Positions 60,271 through 64,000 of a stretch of DNA of 64,000 nucleotides are shown in pieces. Both the position numbers and the translations under genes were made by a program. The stretch lies in NCBI GenBank assembly GCA_965248265.1, contig CBDFJF010000001.1:1632001-1696000 (forward strand), written 5' to 3'. Each line of letters starts with the position of its first letter. The stretch's first letter is position 1. Source of the stretch: Candidatus Latescibacterota bacterium. Its GTDB lineage: Bacteria > Latescibacterota > UBA2968 > UBA8231. The notes under the pieces are model-generated. The model was given only the letters and a program-made list of their open reading frames with translations, searched no databases and had not been told where the DNA came from.

Positions 60271-61149
60271 TCATGCTCTGGCGGCGACACGCTCTCGTTG
60301 AAGGATGTACAGACCACTGCCGACGACGACGGCTCCGCCTATGAACGTCCACAAGTCGGGAAGATCACCAAAGCCGATGAATCCCACAACGATGGCCCAC
60401 AAAAACAGCGAGTAGCTGAAGGGTTGGAGGGTCGAAGCGGGCGCCAGTTGCAACGCCTTTATCAGCGAAAAATGAGCAGCACCACCCAGCATGCCTGCCA
60501 ACAGCAGCAGCCCCCAGTCCATGGCAGTCGGAGGCCGCCAGTTGAATGGGCCAGCCACCGTCAGGAGTACAGCCCCTACCAGCGCCGTGTACAACAGGAT
60601 GGTATCCGGCATGTCTCCCCCGCGACTGACGGCCCGTGTCATTAGTTGATAGACGGCGAACAACGTCGCTGCGCCCAGGGGAATCAACGCGGTCACGCTG
60701 AACACCCCCAGTCCGGGGCGAATGATGATGAGCACCCCGGCAAACCCCGTTGCGATCGCCAGTGAGCGGTGCAACCCGGCACGCTCTCCCAGCAGGCAAA
60801 CGGCGAGCACGGTGACTATTATGGGTGCGATTGCCCCGATGGCATGAGTATCGGCCAGGGTCAGATAGTACCAGGCGATGACGAAGCCCGCTTTTTCTGC
60901 CAGCAGCACCAGGGCACGGCTCAGTTGCATGCCCAGCTGCTGTGTCTTCAGAACCTGGCGTACCCCCCGTGGACGGGCGACGAGGATGGCGAAAAGCAGC
61001 AGGATGAGATAGCGGATCCAAAGAATCTGGACAACCGAGTAGGTGTTGGTCAGGTGCTTGATGACCCCGTCCATGCAGGCGAACGTGAGCATCGTCAGCA
61101 AGATCAGGCTGATCCCGCGCAGGGTGGATGCGCGGGGGTTCTCATACAT
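60271..61149 (-). CDS. DMT/EamA transporter
   Basis: LLGER, GFAGVLIIIRPG, GDLPD. Confidence 0.9.
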   Translation of the reverse strand: MYENPRASTLRGISLILLTMLTFACMDGVIKHLTNTYSVVQILWIRYLILLLFAILVARPRGVRQVLKTQQLGMQLSRALVLLAEKAGFVIAWYYLTLADTHAIGAIAPIIVTVLAVCLLGERAGLHRSLAIATGFAGVLIIIRPGLGVFSVTALIPLGAATLFAVYQLMTRAVSRGGDMPDTILLYTALVGAVLLTVAGPFNWRPPTAMDWGLLLLAGMLGGAAHFSLIKALQLAPASTLQPFSYSLFLWAIVVGFIGFGDLPDLWTFIGGAVVVGSGLYILQRERVAARA

Positions 61150-62053
61150 GCCGCATCAACACCTCATGCGCCAGATGCATGTCTTCGATGTGGTTGAGGA
61201 TCGCCGCCGAAGTGATCTCCCCCTCCACGTCGTCGCGGCCCAGCGTCGACTTGATATCCTTCTGCTTGGCTTCATTGTGGTCCCTCGTGCGCACGAACTG
61301 GTTCCACTCTTCAACCCGAGCACGATCGACCGCACCCCCGTTCTGTTCCAGGATCCATCCCTCGAAGTCAGTATAATTGACAAGACTGCCCCGAATGAAT
61401 TCAACCGCCTTGTCCGGCGAAATGCCGACGGCTTCCAGGGCTCTGGGGTCCAGGCCGGATGTGGTCATGTCCGGATAGTCGTCGTGCAGCAGATTCTTGG
61501 CGCGCAGCAGGACCTTCAACCACGTGCGCGGGAGCTGGCATACTTCCAGGGGCCCGTAGTCGAGGGTGGAAATCAGCGGTACAATGGCGTTCCCGAAACG
61601 CGAGAAATCCGCGTCCAGATCGCGCTTGTAGAACAGCTGCCAGTCCTGCAGGCTGTTGAGGATGACGGCGGAGGTCACGTGGACCTCGTCCGTGCTCCAG
61701 CCGATGTCCCTGTAGGTTTCCTGGATTTTCTCAGGTCTGTGGTGGATGCGGCCTCTGACCGCCGCATTCCAGTCGTCGATGGCCCGATCACCCTTGGTCG
61801 GCTCACCTCCCCGCTTTCCAATGATCCAGGTTTCGAAACTCAAGTAGTCGGGTAACGTCGAGCGAATGCAATCCAGCGTCTCCTCCTCATCCAACCCCAA
61901 TGCCTCGATGACGTGGGCGTCAAGTCCACGGCTGGCTTCAGGGTATTCTTCGTCGAGCAGACCCGTCGCTCGCAGGGTGACCTTCCACCACAGACGAGGC
62001 AGCTGGCAGACTTCCAGAGGGCCGTAACAGAGACTGCTGATCAAAGGAATCAT
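61142..62053 (-). CDS. tandem DUF5069-like domain protein
   Basis: Two repeats of PLIS.L.YGPLEVCQLPR.W.K...Y....GLD...Y..FE.WI...WN...TSA.ILN..D. Confidence 0.7.
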   Translation of the reverse strand: MIPLISSLCYGPLEVCQLPRLWWKVTLRATGLLDEEYPEASRGLDAHVIEALGLDEEETLDCIRSTLPDYLSFETWIIGKRGGEPTKGDRAIDDWNAAVRGRIHHRPEKIQETYRDIGWSTDEVHVTSAVILNSLQDWQLFYKRDLDADFSRFGNAIVPLISTLDYGPLEVCQLPRTWLKVLLRAKNLLHDDYPDMTTSGLDPRALEAVGISPDKAVEFIRGSLVNYTDFEGWILEQNGGAVDRARVEEWNQFVRTRDHNEAKQKDIKSTLGRDDVEGEITSAAILNHIEDMHLAHEVLMRHV

Positions 62054-62174
62054 GGATGAGTTCCCTTTTCTTTGTGGGTTCCGTACAAACCGCCTTCGCG
62101 TCGCTGTGGTCAAGGCTGGCTATCGCCCTGTGGCTTCTTGACCACGGCAGTCGGAATTCAGTTACTACCTATCC

Positions 62175-62867
62175 ATGAGAATCCTCCTCGTCGAAGACAA
62201 CCCCGACGACGCCGACCTGGTCCGCGCGCTTCTGCTCGAATCAGATGGCCAGGCCGTCGAGGTCGAGCATGTAGTAAGAGTCAGCGAGGCCCTGGAACGG
62301 CTTCACGCCGGCGATATTCAGCTTGTTTTGCTGGACCTGGGCTTACCCGATGCCGATGGCATGGATGCGGTCGAGCGCCTGGCGGGGGATACCCAGGATG
62401 TGCCCGTCGTTATCTTGACCGGGTTGGCCGACCAAGAGAACGCGCTTGAAGCGCTGCGCCATGGAGCCCAGGATTATCTGTTTAAGAATCACATGAACGG
62501 TGAGTGGCTGCGAAGCTCCATGCGGCATGCGGTCGAACGTCACCGCCTGCTCGGGGAGCTGGCCGGGCTGCAGGAACAGATCGTGGAGGGAGCCCGCAGT
62601 CGGGCCCTGGCGGAAACAGCCGGGGCAGCCGCCCACGAGATCAACAACCCCCTCGCCGTGATCGTTGGCAACCTGGAGTTGCTGGCGACCAGAAACGACC
62701 TCTCACCCCATGACCGCGACATGCTCGGCATCGTCCGCGAAGCAGCGGCGCGCATCGAGAGCATCGTCCGCGACATGGGCAAGACACGTCGCTACGCTAC
62801 CAAGAAGTACCTCCAGGACACCAACATCGTCGACTTCCAGGCATCGTCGGACACCGAGCGTGCCTGA
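62175..62867 (+). CDS. receiver + HisKA protein lacking an ATPase domain
   Basis: LVED, LLDLGLPD, DYLFK; H-box AHEINNPL; ends about 70 aa later. Confidence 0.85.
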   Translation: MRILLVEDNPDDADLVRALLLESDGQAVEVEHVVRVSEALERLHAGDIQLVLLDLGLPDADGMDAVERLAGDTQDVPVVILTGLADQENALEALRHGAQDYLFKNHMNGEWLRSSMRHAVERHRLLGELAGLQEQIVEGARSRALAETAGAAAHEINNPLAVIVGNLELLATRNDLSPHDRDMLGIVREAAARIESIVRDMGKTRRYATKKYLQDTNIVDFQASSDTERA

Positions 62868-62893
62868 GGGCGCGACCAGCGTAGCGCTGGTAC

Positions 62894-63520
62894 TCAGCGT
62901 CTGACGATCGAGAACGCGAAATCCCGCCCGAAACCGAACTTGTAGGCCGCCGATATCCACAGCAGTGCCAGCGGCTCCACCATCCGTGCGCTCGCCAGCG
63001 GCCCCGCATCCACGGTGTCAAACCCCAGCGCGTCTGACAGTTCCACTACCCGGGTTCGGGCCTCATTGTCGTCCCCGCAGATGAACATGACGGCTTTTCT
63101 GCCTTCGAGCTCGGGAGCTTCCATGATGTTGGATCCCACCGTGTTGAAGGCCTTCACCACGCGGGCTCCGGGCGCCCAGCGCGCGACCTGCTCGCCGCCT
63201 GAATCCTCATGTCCATGCGTCAAGCCTGCCAGACCCGGCTTGAGGGGATTGGTGCAGTCGACGACAATCTTCCCAGCCATCGGGCCCGCAGCCTTGAGGG
63301 CCGCCTCCGTCGCCTCCCACGGCGTCGCCAGCACGACCACACCTGCCCCCTGTGCAGCGGTTCCAACCGCTTCGACACCGACCCCGGGGGTCTGTCTCAA
63401 CTCATCGTGCTTGTGCGCCTGGGGCTGGCGCACCCCGAAGGTCACGGTGTGTCCCGCCATCGACCAACCGTGCCCCAGAGCACGGCCGACGTTTCCCGCT
63501 CCGATTATGGCGATCTGCAT
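62894..63520 (-). CDS. NADPH-dependent F420 reductase family oxidoreductase
   Basis: GAGNVG, ATPW, DCTNP, VVKAFN, DAGPL. Confidence 0.9.
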   Translation of the reverse strand: MQIAIIGAGNVGRALGHGWSMAGHTVTFGVRQPQAHKHDELRQTPGVGVEAVGTAAQGAGVVVLATPWEATEAALKAAGPMAGKIVVDCTNPLKPGLAGLTHGHEDSGGEQVARWAPGARVVKAFNTVGSNIMEAPELEGRKAVMFICGDDNEARTRVVELSDALGFDTVDAGPLASARMVEPLALLWISAAYKFGFGRDFAFSIVRR

Positions 63521-63553
63521 GCTCACCTCATCTCCCCCAGTCATTTGTCATTG

Positions 63554-64000
63554 TCATCGATTGGTCCGGGCGAGTGCCGGCAACGCATCGTTGAGTATGC
63601 GAACGGCCTCGAGCACCCCTTTCCCCTGCATGTCCACGACGACCTCGGCTGTTTGCAGGGGCAGTGAGTAGTTGATCGATTCGCCCAGGTTCAGGTACAC
63701 GAGAATGGCCGCGCCTCCGACACGGTCAAGATTGGTTTTCTCCATCAGAGTATCCTCACCCAGTACGACTATGCCATGCGGTTGGTCGTTGAGGATTCGC
63801 TGCAACAGGACAGCCTCGAGTCGATTGTAGCGCTCGTGCCCGTCCTCTTCCAGTTTGAATCGTGCGGCCGACTGACCCGCTACGTGCTCGACCCACTGAC
63901 TCAGATCCTTCAGCGACAAGCCGGTCAGCGCCGCCAGGTCGTACGCTGCCTCGCGGTAGTGACTGCCCGTTGAGCCGGCTATGGCCAACGATCTGGGCAG
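63554..64000 (-). CDS. shikimate kinase-like protein, possibly 5'-partial, degenerate P-loop
   Basis: IAGSTGS, L.D..V...AG.S, RLE..LL, VVLG, VYL. Confidence 0.55.
   Translation of the reverse strand: MPRSLAIAGSTGSHYREAAYDLAALTGLSLKDLSQWVEHVAGQSAARFKLEEDGHERYNRLEAVLLQRILNDQPHGIVVLGEDTLMEKTNLDRVGGAAILVYLNLGESINYSLPLQTAEVVVDMQGKGVLEAVRILNDALPALARTNR

Noticed and set aside
1-64000. tRNA, rRNA, selenoprotein or defence-system genes
   Set aside because: I saw no cloverleaf or rRNA signatures, no in-frame TGA at catalytic Cys positions, and no nuclease, ATPase or RT defence modules.

Overview
GC-rich (visually ~60-65%) bacterial chromosomal window with about 50 mostly catabolic or accessory genes in short operons. 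I found no rRNA, tRNA, CRISPR array or prophage. The gene set includes a giant FN3-repeat protein ending in dockerin-like EF-hands, a cohesin-like module and an FlgD-Ig C-terminal sorting domain, plus four PhyH dioxygenases, Gfo/Idh/MocA and TIM-barrel isomerases. This suggests an uncultured FCB-associated heterotroph such as Latescibacterota (inference only). There are two mobile elements. One is a complete IS630 (1156 bp, TA duplication, -1 frameshift at A8C) that splits an MgtC/DUF4010 gene. The other is an unannotated 198-bp hairpin-rich MITE with IS630-like ends. Highlights: a PhyH dioxygenase with an H-x-G iron motif (halogenase signature); a secreted S74 fibre whose amber stop is followed in frame by a second chaperone copy; a BHMT fused to a SAM methyltransferase; a sigma54-type DegT plus CDP-alcohol phosphotransferase operon; an orphan, divergent SdhA-like flavoprotein; and many pseudogenes collapsed by deletion.
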